A stretch of DNA of 60,724 bases. Source: Actinomycetota bacterium. GTDB taxonomy: Bacteria > Actinomycetota > Acidimicrobiia > Acidimicrobiales > Ilumatobacteraceae. Position 1 is the first letter of the stretch; each line of letters begins with the position of its first letter. The notes under the pieces are model-generated. The model ran no database searches. It had not been told where the DNA came from and saw only the letters and a program-made list of their open reading frames with translations. The position numbers were made by a program, and so were the translations under genes. The stretch is from NCBI GenBank assembly GCA_041184445.1, contig JBEGJW010000001.1, positions 1-60,724 of the forward strand, written 5' to 3'. This document shows, in pieces, positions 1-8,556 of the stretch.

Positions 1-866
1 TCGTTGCGTCAATTAGTGGTTACGGAGCAACTGGTCCGTGGCAAAATCGTCGCGCATATGCACCCGTAGTAAATGCAGAAACTGGAATTACGAAACACCA
101 AGGCGATGCGCAACGACGCGAGCATGCAAACGACCCGCACAGCCACGGCGACGTGTACACCGCACTCGAAGCATCATCAGCAATTCTTGCTGCGCTGTAT
201 CAGCGCGAGCACACAGGTGTTGGTCAATACATCGATATCTCTATGGCCGAAACCATGTTGTACGTAAACGAACATGCACATAATCAACTATGGGACAAAC
301 CAGTTCCAGCAGGATCCATTCGTTCGTTCCAACCAGCCGACTACCCCGTACTCACCGTTGCCGATGGTTCACAAGTTGTGGTCAGCGGTCACCCTGCAGA
401 ACGTGGAACGTTTGACTATTTCGTTGCAGCAATGGAACAGCCGCACTTGTTACATGACCCGCGCTTCACTGATATTCCTGAACGACTCGAAAACTTTGCG
501 GCACTCATGGACTTGTTGCGCGCATGGGCACTCACCGTTCCCGACACCGACGAAATAGAACGGCGCTTGGCAAAGAATCAATTGGCGGTTGGTCGACTGC
601 GCAGTGTTGCTGAAGTTGCCGCTACCGATTGGGCTACTGAACGAAACGCAATCATCAACGTAAGCGATCGCGGTGATTCAACGGTACGAATTCCAAACAG
701 TCCGTGGCATTTTTCGGGTTCAGACACCACCACGCAAGGCATCGTGAAATATCGTGGCGAAGACAACCACCATGTATTTCACGACATTGCAGGCATCGAC
801 ATGGCAGAGATTGTTCAGTGTGAATCGACTGGCGTATTGCTCAGTCGTGGGCCTTCTGCTCGTTAA
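1..866 (+). CDS. Family III CoA-transferase (CaiB/BaiF-like), 5' end cut by the window edge
   Basis: Frame 3 is open from nt 3. The translation SGYGATGPWQNRRAYAPVVNAETGIT...HGDVYTALEASSAILAALYQREHTGVGQYIDISMAETM resembles the family III CoA-transferase core. The ORF-track ATG at 153 is internal. Stop TAA at 864-866. Confidence 0.85.
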   Translation, partial: VASISGYGATGPWQNRRAYAPVVNAETGITKHQGDAQRREHANDPHSHGDVYTALEASSAILAALYQREHTGVGQYIDISMAETMLYVNEHAHNQLWDKPVPAGSIRSFQPADYPVLTVADGSQVVVSGHPAERGTFDYFVAAMEQPHLLHDPRFTDIPERLENFAALMDLLRAWALTVPDTDEIERRLAKNQLAVGRLRSVAEVAATDWATERNAIINVSDRGDSTVRIPNSPWHFSGSDTTTQGIVKYRGEDNHHVFHDIAGIDMAEIVQCESTGVLLSRGPSAR

Positions 867-1313
867 TTAGCGACCTGAGTGGCCAAAGCCGCCGCCACGA
901 TCGAACCCACCTAGTTCGGTTACTTCGGTCCACGTCACATTGTCATAACGCGAAATAATCAACTGCGCCACGCGGTCTCCGCGTTTCACTTCATAATCAT
1001 GTTCAGGATCGGTGTTAATCATGACCACTTTTAATTCACCTCGATAACCGCTATCAATAATTCCGGGTGTGTTCACCAAGGTGACGCCGTGTTTCAATGC
1101 AAGACCACTGCGCGGAACAGCAAGACCCATGTATCCATGTGGAATCGCCACTGCAACACCAGTTGGCATAAGCAACCTGCCACCGCGTGCAGGAATAACT
1201 GCGTCTTCACGCGCATACAAGTCGAGCCCAGCATCACCAAGATGTGCTGGCACTGGCAACGGTAGATCAGGGTCTAACCGTTGGATCTGGACTCCAATCT
1301 CGCTTTTAGACAT
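867..1313 (-). CDS. dut: dUTP diphosphatase (dUTPase)
   Basis: 148 aa with dUTPase motifs [29 protein letters not shown] and a C-terminal GGFGHSG. Confidence 0.95.
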   Translation of the reverse strand: MSKSEIGVQIQRLDPDLPLPVPAHLGDAGLDLYAREDAVIPARGGRLLMPTGVAVAIPHGYMGLAVPRSGLALKHGVTLVNTPGIIDSGYRGELKVVMINTDPEHDYEVKRGDRVAQLIISRYDNVTWTEVTELGGFDRGGGFGHSGR

Positions 1314-1888
1314 TGCACGAGATTACGCCTAGATTGCATGGCGTGCTGGTGTGGATGGACCTCGAAATGACAGGCCTAGATCCTGAAACCGATGTCATTG
1401 TTGAAATTGCCACTCTCATCACCGATGACGACCTGAACATCATCGTCGAAGGCCCAGATTTGGTGATTCATCAGTCAGACGAGGTACTGGCTCGCATGAA
1501 CCAAATCGTGGTCGACATGCACACAAAGTCTGGTTTGCTTGAAGCCATCAAATCCAGCACGGTCACGCTGGAAGAGGCTGGCGCGGCAACGCTTGAGTTC
1601 ATACGTCAACACATTCCAGAGGCGCGCACTATTCCATTGTGTGGAAACTCCATTGGCACCGATCGTCGCTTCCTCGCGAAGTACCTTCCCGAGATCGAAA
1701 ACTATTTGCACTACCGATCGGTTGATGTGTCAACAATTAAGGAACTCGCTCGTCGCTGGTATCCAAAACTTGGTTCTGATCGTCCGAATAAGGGTGGAAC
1801 ACATCGAGCATTAGACGACATTCGCGCGAGCGTGAATGAGTTGGCGTTTTACCGTGAACGTGTGTTCACCCCGCTAAAACCTGAATAG
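1313..1888 (+). CDS. orn: Oligoribonuclease (DEDDh 3'-5' exonuclease)
   Basis: [16 protein letters not shown]...[12 protein letters not shown]...[13 protein letters not shown]...HRALDDI is typical Orn. The TTG at 1313 shares one base with the dut start codon. GTG at 1343 ([12 protein letters not shown]) is an equally plausible start. Confidence 0.9.
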   Translation: MHEITPRLHGVLVWMDLEMTGLDPETDVIVEIATLITDDDLNIIVEGPDLVIHQSDEVLARMNQIVVDMHTKSGLLEAIKSSTVTLEEAGAATLEFIRQHIPEARTIPLCGNSIGTDRRFLAKYLPEIENYLHYRSVDVSTIKELARRWYPKLGSDRPNKGGTHRALDDIRASVNELAFYRERVFTPLKPE

Positions 1889-1908
1889 CCCCACTACTGT
1901 GGACTGCG

Positions 1909-2955
1909 ATGTCCAAGCCAGCGTTCACCAAACAGGAACAAGTTCCTGCAACGGATGAAATCACCGAAGTCGCGGCAGGCATTTACCGAACCCAGTTACC
2001 CATCGATATGCCTGGCCTTGGCCACGTAAATATGTACGTGCTGGAAGACGAACGAGGCGTGGCCGTCGTCGACCCAGGACTGCCTGGAAAGGCCAACTGG
2101 AAGGCCATAAACGCCCGTTTACGGGCCTTAGGAGTGCCTCTGAAGCGCGTCCACTCCATTGTGGTCACCCACAGCCATCCCGACCATTTCGGGGGTGCCG
2201 CCCGCCTTCGCGCAGCAACGGGAGCCGACATTATTACCCACCAAAGCTTCCGCCTGTGGTTTGACCCGAACGAACCTGACGATGTGGATGTGGAAATTGC
2301 TGCACGTCACAAACGCGCAACAGGCGAAACACCATGGGGCGGACCTGGTTACCAACTGCCATTGCGTCGCAAAATGTATTACAACGCATTTCGCATATTG
2401 CCACAACTGTTTAAAGTTCCACAACCCACTGTGCGACTTGCTGAAGGCGAATACATTTCGCTTGCACGACGTAAGTGGATGGCCATTCACACTCCTGGTC
2501 ACACCGAAGATCACTTGTGTTTATTCGATGCAGACACTGGCGTCATGTTGTGCGGTGATCATGTGTTGCCAACCATTACTCCACACATTTCTGGCATGAG
2601 TAAATACCCCGATCCGCTTGAAGGTTTCTTCAACTCACTCGACAAAGTTGGTGCATTCGGGTCACAAGTTGGCATTTGTTTGCCTGCGCATGGAAAACCG
2701 TTTGCCGACATAGCAACTCGCTGCGAACAAATTAAAGAACATCATCAAGGTCGACTCGAAAAGTTGCGCACATCCGCAGCGGAACTGGACCGACCAGCAA
2801 CGGTTACTGAATTTTCGGGCCACTTGTTTTCTCCGCGTGCTCAAGGAACCATGGCAGACAGTGAAACGTTTGCCCACCTTGAACACTTGCGCATAGCTGG
2901 TGAGTTTTCGTACACCGTTCGCGACGGTGTTCGCGAATACGTTCGCGTCTCGTAG
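1909..2955 (+). CDS. MBL-fold metallo-hydrolase
   Basis: 348 aa with the beta-lactamase-fold metal motif VVTHSHPDHFGG, plus downstream HTPGHT and CGDH. Confidence 0.85.
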   Translation: MSKPAFTKQEQVPATDEITEVAAGIYRTQLPIDMPGLGHVNMYVLEDERGVAVVDPGLPGKANWKAINARLRALGVPLKRVHSIVVTHSHPDHFGGAARLRAATGADIITHQSFRLWFDPNEPDDVDVEIAARHKRATGETPWGGPGYQLPLRRKMYYNAFRILPQLFKVPQPTVRLAEGEYISLARRKWMAIHTPGHTEDHLCLFDADTGVMLCGDHVLPTITPHISGMSKYPDPLEGFFNSLDKVGAFGSQVGICLPAHGKPFADIATRCEQIKEHHQGRLEKLRTSAAELDRPATVTEFSGHLFSPRAQGTMADSETFAHLEHLRIAGEFSYTVRDGVREYVRVS

Positions 2956-3717
2956 TTACCGAGGCAACTTCACCAGTTGCGTCACTGCAGCAACTGCGTC
3001 GCCACCGAGAACATGGCGAATGATTACACGCTCATCAATGTGTTGCGTCACCAATCGAATGTCATTTCCTGGGTCTACCGAAAGATGATGCTCAACCACC
3101 GCGTGCAATGGCGCGCGAAGCTCGCCGTGCTTCGACAAATATTCCTCAGCAGCAATCCAATACGAAGCATTATTCATGTGGCCAACTGCATCCATGTCGG
3201 CAAAACGAACTGGCCATGACTCACTCGTCGCATCACATTCAGTCAATTCAGGCAGAGACTTTCCGACAACAAAATTAGAGCGCACTTTTCTTCCGCCGCT
3301 CGATTCTGCGATTAAAGGAATAAAGCCTTCAGGAAGTGGCTCTGGTTTCAGTGTTTCCATGTTTACGTGCACCCACAGCGCGGCGGTTTCAATGTGTGCG
3401 CCATCTGCGCCAACAATGTGCGTCCGGCGTTCTGCCCAATGCGACCCGTAGCCACCGCACCACGTAGTGAGCGAAATATCGGTCATGTATGTAGGGAATT
3501 GATAGACCCACATCTCGGTGCGGCGCACCACCCAACCATGTATGTCTGGGTAATTGCCATCCACCGCATCGTCGTTAGCGATGTCTTGTAAATACCGAGC
3601 AGTGGCATCGAGGCGAAGTCGACCTTTCGGGGTGACATCTCCCAATCGCACACGACGACTCGTGGAAAACGTCCTACCCGCCTGCGGCAAAGGTACGGGT
3701 TCTTGAGGCCTCCACAT
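2956..3717 (-). CDS. Acyl-ACP thioesterase-family (double hotdog) thioesterase
   Basis: 253 aa. The N-terminal FSTSRRVRLGDVTPKGRLRLDATARYLQDIA and second-half FADMDAVGHMNNASY are typical of the acyl-ACP thioesterase/4HBT hotdog fold. The stop codon abuts the stop of the convergent MBL gene. Confidence 0.7.
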   Translation of the reverse strand: MWRPQEPVPLPQAGRTFSTSRRVRLGDVTPKGRLRLDATARYLQDIANDDAVDGNYPDIHGWVVRRTEMWVYQFPTYMTDISLTTWCGGYGSHWAERRTHIVGADGAHIETAALWVHVNMETLKPEPLPEGFIPLIAESSGGRKVRSNFVVGKSLPELTECDATSESWPVRFADMDAVGHMNNASYWIAAEEYLSKHGELRAPLHAVVEHHLSVDPGNDIRLVTQHIDERVIIRHVLGGDAVAAVTQLVKLPR

Positions 3718-3787
3718 GCTCTCTGACCCTATCCAGCATTGGACTTGGTGGCACTTGCGTTAAATCGCTTGCTATTTGCAATTTGGC

Positions 3788-3988
3788 ATGGTTGGCTACA
3801 TGTCCATGTTGTTACGCAATCTCGCTTCACGTTTGTCGGCAGTTAATGCTGACTCGCGCGCGTATGCGACCGTGGCAACCGTGAACGCAAAAGCGTCACG
3901 CTGGTTTTATATGCAGGCCGGAGTCGCGAAATTTACCAAAGGTTTCACGAAGCGTCCGGCCAAAGGCCTCTTAGGAGTCCCGACGTAA
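3788..3988 (+). CDS. Candidate upstream ORF (leader peptide) of the whiB7-like gene
   Basis: An ATG at 3788 (TTG at 3776 is also in frame) opens a 66-codon frame. Its stop TAA (3986-3988) lies inside hairpin arm 3980-3986, about 30 nt before the intrinsic terminator at 4018-4050. I recognise no homology. The call rests on position relative to whiB7 and the terminator. Confidence 0.3.
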   Translation: MVGYMSMLLRNLASRLSAVNADSRAYATVATVNAKASRWFYMQAGVAKFTKGFTKRPAKGLLGVPT

Positions 3989-4017
3989 ACAGATTTCACG
4001 TCGGAGAACGCCAAGAG

Positions 4018-4050
4018 GCCGCTGGGAGAAATCCCAGCGGCTTTTTTATT
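4018..4050 (+). terminator. Rho-independent terminator/attenuator in the whiB7 5' leader
   Basis: Perfect 10-bp stem GCCGCTGGGA / TCCCAGCGGC with a GAAA tetraloop, followed by TTTTTTATTT. It lies 60 nt upstream of the whiB7 start. No + strand gene ends upstream of it. Confidence 0.75.
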
Positions 4051-4109
4051 TCCCCCCTGAGCGTTTTCCGACGTGAAGCCAATCAAATCAACACAGAAAG
4101 GCAAGAGCA

Positions 4110-4442
4110 ATGACCACCATCACACTCGAACACGAAGACGACATCATCATGTTGTCTGCTCAGCGCTGCAGCGACGGCAATGGAACATTGTCGTACTTGT
4201 TCTTCTCGGAAGAGTTTGTTGACATTCAGCGCGCGAAAGCAATCTGTTCAACCTGCACTTCAAAGGTGGGTTGCCTGAGCGGCGCACTAGAACGAAGCGA
4301 GCCGTGGGGTGTGTGGGGCGGAGAACTCCTTGAGGAAGGTCGAGTGTGTGCCACCAAGCGTCCACGGGGTCGACCAGTTACCAAGTCGGTGCGCGTCACC
4401 GCCGTGCAGGAAGTTCCCATTCCCGCACATCTTGTTGCCTAG
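4110..4442 (+). CDS. whiB7: WhiB7-like Fe-S transcription factor (WhiB family with C-terminal AT-hook)
   Basis: 110 aa with four Cys (RCS, CSTC, GC), the turn motif EPWGVWGGE and the AT-hook KRPRGRP. The segment LERSEPWGVWGGELLEEGRVCATKRPRGRPVTK closely parallels my recollection of mycobacterial WhiB7 (...AEPWGVWGGEIF...KRPRGRPRK). Confidence 0.85.
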   Translation: MTTITLEHEDDIIMLSAQRCSDGNGTLSYLFFSEEFVDIQRAKAICSTCTSKVGCLSGALERSEPWGVWGGELLEEGRVCATKRPRGRPVTKSVRVTAVQEVPIPAHLVA

Positions 4443-4458
4443 GTATTTACGGACAGAC

Positions 4459-4515
4459 GGCACAGAAGCAGCGACCTGATTGGGTTCAACACCATCGGTA
4501 ACCTGCTTCTGTGCC
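4459..4515 (+). other. Long stem-loop (13-bp perfect stem, 31-nt loop) downstream of whiB7 that overlaps the next gene's start codon
   Basis: GGCACAGAAGCAG (4459-4471) pairs with CTGCTTCTGTGCC (4503-4515) and is followed by TTTCGTTC. The right arm contains the GTG at 4511. Confidence 0.4.
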
Positions 4516-5083
4516 TTTCGTTCATTCCCGCCTACGGATAGCTGTCGTAGTCCTTGCCATTAGCGCAGTGGGTGGATGGGTGTGGAGCAATACCAGCGGC
4601 ACCAAGGTTGATGCCGTTCTCACTACTCCAGGCGAAGTGCCGTACCCTTCGCTCGACACCAACGAACCCGTTGTTGGCAAACAGTTGCCTGTTGCTCAAT
4701 TAACCGATCTCGATGGAAAAGTTGTTGATCTGCAGAGTTTTGTTGGCTCACCATTGATTCTCAATTTTTGGTATTCCACTTGCGAACCATGTCGTCGCGA
4801 AATTCCCGCATTTGCACAGGCGCGCCTTGCGCACAGCGATATTCAGTTTGTTGGTTTCAACATGAACGACTCACCAGAAATGGCAAAAGCATTCGGTGAA
4901 AAATATGGCGTCAATTACCCCATCGTGTTTGATCAATCCGGAGCCGTCATTCGCGAACTTGGAATCGTTACCGCGCCGAGCACCCTGTTTATTGACAGTG
5001 CAGGAAACATCGTTGACCAGGTTGCAGGAGAAATCAGCTCCGACAAACTTGCATCACTCATTGCGCAATGGTTTACGTCGTAA
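4511..5083 (+). CDS. TlpA/ResA-family membrane-anchored thiol:disulfide oxidoreductase (thioredoxin fold)
   Basis: 190 aa with an N-terminal TM anchor (IAVVVLAISAVGGWVW) and the thioredoxin-like active site WYSTCEPCRREIP. The GTG start has no obvious SD. Confidence 0.85.
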   Translation: MPFVHSRLRIAVVVLAISAVGGWVWSNTSGTKVDAVLTTPGEVPYPSLDTNEPVVGKQLPVAQLTDLDGKVVDLQSFVGSPLILNFWYSTCEPCRREIPAFAQARLAHSDIQFVGFNMNDSPEMAKAFGEKYGVNYPIVFDQSGAVIRELGIVTAPSTLFIDSAGNIVDQVAGEISSDKLASLIAQWFTS

Positions 5084-5955
5084 TGATCGCCAACATCGTC
5101 ATCGAAGGCAACTTTGCTTACAGCTTCATGTTGGGCATGCTTGCAGCAGTAAACCCTTGCGGTTTTGTTTTGTTGCCTGCTTATTTGCTCTATTTCTTGG
5201 GAATTGATGGTGGTAATCACGGTGTTACACGAGCTCCGTTGCAACGTGCGTTGCGCGTAAGCGCTGCTGTTTCATCTGGGTTTCTTGCCGTGTTTCTTGT
5301 TGTCGGATCAATCTCACGACTGTTTACGCAATGGATTGAACTCCATGCCAAATACGCAGGGTTTGCCATTGGTATTGCACTGGTTGGTTTAGGAACCGCC
5401 ATGTTGCTTGGGTGGAAGCCATCGTTTGCAACCTCGCTTCCCGGCGCCAAGAAAGACCGCTCCACACGCGCGATGTTTGTCTTCGGAGTTGCATACGCAA
5501 TTGCCAGCATTGGCTGCACTATTGGGCTGCTTACTACAGCAATTCTTGGCTCTATCGGAACACACGGTTTCGTTTCTGGTGTCATCAGCATCGTCATGTA
5601 TGGACTGGGAATGTCGCTGCTTGTTACCGCACTTACCGTCACGCTTGCTGCAGCAAAAACAGGTGTGTCACGAATGTTAAAGCGCAGTCTTCGCTACGTC
5701 GACAAAGTGGCAGCGGGATTTATCGCAATTACCGGCGCATATCTCACGTGGTACTGGTACGGAGCCATTAGCGAGCGCGAATCGCTTGGCAACATCGTGT
5801 CCAATGTAGAAAATTGGCAGAACTCCGTTTCTTTGTGGCTACAAGAACAGGGCGCCTCGCGTCTTGCTGCGATGTGCGCACTGGTCATTGGTGTAGCGCT
5901 TGTATTGGTTGGTCTAACTCGAATGAAGCAACTACTCCGCAGGTCGCACCGCTAA
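5068..5955 (+). CDS. ccdA: Cytochrome c biogenesis thiol-reductant transporter CcdA/DsbD-family membrane protein
   Basis: Polytopic membrane protein with the conserved LAAVNPCGF motif and a second Cys (ASIGCT). It directly follows the TlpA-like gene. An alternative in-frame ATG at 5083 overlaps the upstream TAA (TAATG). Confidence 0.8.
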   Translation: MVYVVMIANIVIEGNFAYSFMLGMLAAVNPCGFVLLPAYLLYFLGIDGGNHGVTRAPLQRALRVSAAVSSGFLAVFLVVGSISRLFTQWIELHAKYAGFAIGIALVGLGTAMLLGWKPSFATSLPGAKKDRSTRAMFVFGVAYAIASIGCTIGLLTTAILGSIGTHGFVSGVISIVMYGLGMSLLVTALTVTLAAAKTGVSRMLKRSLRYVDKVAAGFIAITGAYLTWYWYGAISERESLGNIVSNVENWQNSVSLWLQEQGASRLAAMCALVIGVALVLVGLTRMKQLLRRSHR

Positions 5956-6581
5956 TGCTTGCCGATCTACTTGCCCACCCATCTGTTGAAGAAGTCTGCG
6001 AACTGCGTGGAACTTTTGGATTCATGGCATTCCATGGTGGCGGTTTGGAAGAAGCGACTGACATCATTGCGCAGCAGGCCGCTGCGGCAACGGGCAGTTC
6101 GTATTACGGCATCCATCAACCTGCATCATTGAAATGGCATGTTCCATCGCATCGAATTGATCCGCAACATTCGGAAACGCTGAACACTTTCATCAATCAT
6201 GTTGACACCGTTATCACTATTCACGGTTTTGGTCGACAGGGTTTCTTTACGAGCCTGCTCCTTGGTGGCAGAAACCGTGGCCTTGCAACTCATGTTGCCC
6301 AGCATTTGCGTACGTCGTTACCCGCCTACAACATCGTTGATGATCTGGGGAACATTCCCGCCGACCTCGCAGGACAGCACATCGATAATCCCGTGAATCG
6401 TGTTCGCAATCATGGGGTGCAAATTGAATTGCCTCCTCGAGTGCGAGGTGCAAGTCCACTGTGGTGGGATTGGGAAGGTCCGCACCTCACTCCACACACT
6501 CAATCATTAATTGACGGACTTGTACGCGCGGTACATACATGGAATTCTTTGACAAGTTCTACGGTGCCAAACGCTCAATAG
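5955..6581 (+). CDS. Poly-gamma-glutamate hydrolase-family protein (DUF867/YjqB-like)
   Basis: FGFMAFHGGGLEEATDIIAQ...ITIHGFGR...LLGGRNR...GVQIELPPRVRG fits the DUF867 zinc-hydrolase pattern. The start is set at ATG 5955 (TAATG overlap with the ccdA stop), not the ORF-track 5814, which lies inside ccdA. Confidence 0.7.
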   Translation: MLADLLAHPSVEEVCELRGTFGFMAFHGGGLEEATDIIAQQAAAATGSSYYGIHQPASLKWHVPSHRIDPQHSETLNTFINHVDTVITIHGFGRQGFFTSLLLGGRNRGLATHVAQHLRTSLPAYNIVDDLGNIPADLAGQHIDNPVNRVRNHGVQIELPPRVRGASPLWWDWEGPHLTPHTQSLIDGLVRAVHTWNSLTSSTVPNAQ

Positions 6582-7197
6582 ACCACGAAGCATCTGGTTG
6601 AAGCACGTAGCGAAAGCGGTCATGTAAGCGGCTAGGTCGACCTTGCCAAAATTCAATTTCATGCGGCGTTAGTACCCACCCGCCCCAATTCGGTGGTCGC
6701 TCAACATCGCGCCCCGCAAAACGCTGTTCGGCTTCAGCCAATCGTGTGAGCAATTCGTCGCGTCCAGCAATTGGCTGCGACTGCGGCGATGCCCATGCGC
6801 CGAGCTGAGACTCACGCGGACGCGAAGCGAAATACGCATCACTTACGTGATCAGAAAGCTTGGCCACCGTTCCCCGCACTCGCACTTGGCGGTGTAAGTC
6901 CAGCCAACCAAACACCGCCGATGCCTGCGCATGTGCAACTAATTGAGTGCTCTTTGCACTGTCATAGTTGGTGTAAAACGAAAATCCAGAATCATCAACT
7001 CCACGTACTAACACGATGCGTGAATCTGGTCCTCCGTCAATACCAATCGTTGACAGAGTCATGGCATTGGGTTCTGCAACATGTGCTTGCGCTGCCTGGT
7101 CGTACCACCGTTCCCATTGCGCAATTGGGTTGCTGTCTAATTCGCTGCGTTCAAGACCTGCAGTTTCGTACTGCACTCGACGATCGCGAATGGACAT
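6559..7197 (-). CDS. pdxH: Pyridoxamine 5'-phosphate oxidase
   Basis: MSIRDRRVQYETAGLERSELDSNPIAQWERWYDQA...RIVLVRGVDDSGFSFYTNYDSAKS...WQGRPSRLHDRFRY...ERLAP is canonical PdxH. The start is taken at ATG 7197, because the longer ORF-track start runs into serS. The 3' end overlaps the convergent DUF867 gene by 23 nt. Confidence 0.9.
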   Translation of the reverse strand: MSIRDRRVQYETAGLERSELDSNPIAQWERWYDQAAQAHVAEPNAMTLSTIGIDGGPDSRIVLVRGVDDSGFSFYTNYDSAKSTQLVAHAQASAVFGWLDLHRQVRVRGTVAKLSDHVSDAYFASRPRESQLGAWASPQSQPIAGRDELLTRLAEAEQRFAGRDVERPPNWGGWVLTPHEIEFWQGRPSRLHDRFRYVLQPDASWSIERLAP

Positions 7198-7202
7198 GTC
7201 AA

Positions 7203-8495
7203 CTATTTCGGGTGGATGACGGTTGTGCCACGCATGTACGGATGCAGTGCGGCCGGAATTGCAACCGAGCCATCTTCCTGACGGAAGTTCTCCATAATCG
7301 CTGCCCATACGCGCGGCACAGCAAGTGCAGAGGCATTCAATGTGTGTGCAAACTCTGTGCCCTTTTGGCCAGTGCGTTTCATGCGAATGTCGCCGCGGCG
7401 AGCCTGGTAGTCGCTGAACCAACTAATAGAACTGACCTCTAACCATGCATCGCATCCAGGTGCATACACCTCGACATCGAAACTGCGATGATGACTTTGA
7501 CCCATGTCTCCGGTGCAAATTTCGATAATGCGATATGGCAAGCCGAGGTTGGCAATCACGCGCTCTACACGAGTAATGAGTTCGGTCAACATTGCCGGAG
7601 CACCCTCTGGCGTGGCGATCGAAAAAATTTCTACTTTGTCGAATTCGTGGCTGCGCAACATGCCGCGAGTATCTCTACCTGCAGAACCCGCTTCGCGGCG
7701 ATAACACGACGAGTGCGCCATGTATCGAATTGGGAGGTCTGCTTCGGCAAGTACTTCACCGGCATGAATGGATGTCAAGGGCGCTTCCGCTGTTGGAATG
7801 CACCACAGGTCGTCTTTGCTCATTGAATATGCATCGTCGGCAAACTTGGGAAGCTGGCCAGTCGCAGTCAACGTTGCAGTGCTCACCAGCGATGGCGGAC
7901 GAATTTCTTCGAATGCGTCTGCATTGCTGTCCAGTGCGTACTGGCACAGTGCACGAGCAAGCGTTGCTCCGGCTCCGCGTTGCATGGTGAACATTGCGCC
8001 GCTGATTTTCACTGCACGTTCGTTATCGAGAATGCCGAGTGCAGTAGCAGTGTCCCAGTGGGCAACACGTTGATGCTCAGGAAACGATGCCGGAAAATTC
8101 ACGGGTCCTGTAATAGTTGGATTCTGCGAATCATCATTTCCCACCACAACGTCGGCGTGCGGAATGTTTGGCAGGCGAAGTAAAACGTCTTTTAGTTTCG
8201 CCGTGACCTCATCAGTCTCTGCTGCAAGGGACTGCTCTTTGTCGCCCAGCGACCTGCTTTCGGCCTGCAGACCTTCAGCAGCCTGGTCATCACCGCTACG
8301 GCGGAGTGCTCCAACTTGCTTTGATAACTCGTTCACTTGCTGGCGAATTGCGTCACGCTCAGCAGTAATTTCACGCATTCTTCCGTCAAAGCCCAAGGCT
8401 TCATCAAGCAACCCAAGCAATTCGGGCTTATTGCGGCGGGCCATCAGCCCCCGAACGGTGTCGGGTTCGCTGCGAAGGAAACGAATGTCAATCAC
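7203..8495 (-). CDS. serS: Serine--tRNA ligase
   Basis: 430 aa with an N-terminal coiled-coil arm (MIDIRFLR...) and class II aaRS core motifs (CYRREAGSAGRDTRGMLRSHEFDKVE, GDMG...FDVEVY, NASALAVPR). Confidence 0.95.
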   Translation of the reverse strand: MIDIRFLRSEPDTVRGLMARRNKPELLGLLDEALGFDGRMREITAERDAIRQQVNELSKQVGALRRSGDDQAAEGLQAESRSLGDKEQSLAAETDEVTAKLKDVLLRLPNIPHADVVVGNDDSQNPTITGPVNFPASFPEHQRVAHWDTATALGILDNERAVKISGAMFTMQRGAGATLARALCQYALDSNADAFEEIRPPSLVSTATLTATGQLPKFADDAYSMSKDDLWCIPTAEAPLTSIHAGEVLAEADLPIRYMAHSSCYRREAGSAGRDTRGMLRSHEFDKVEIFSIATPEGAPAMLTELITRVERVIANLGLPYRIIEICTGDMGQSHHRSFDVEVYAPGCDAWLEVSSISWFSDYQARRGDIRMKRTGQKGTEFAHTLNASALAVPRVWAAIMENFRQEDGSVAIPAALHPYMRGTTVIHPK

Positions 8496-8556
8496 GGTGA
8501 CTCAAGGTTAGCCGTGTGATCCCATATCGCTGCCCTACTTTGCGTACTGTTGAGCC

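Noticed and set aside
4051-4060. The C6 run after the whiB7 leader terminator, as a possible 6C-type sRNA
   Set aside because: There is only one C-run, it is not within a hairpin loop, and the two-stem 6C architecture is absent.
5814-5954. A longer ORF-track start for the DUF867 gene. The same issue applies to pdxH (7422), ctaE (12081), ctaF (11434), rpsF (38940), DegV (42905), trxA (46813), dnaA (53433) and the 15211 gene (16392).
   Set aside because: The extensions overlap the preceding, well-supported gene and their residues are unlike the respective families. Internal starts abutting the upstream stop codon fit the homology better.
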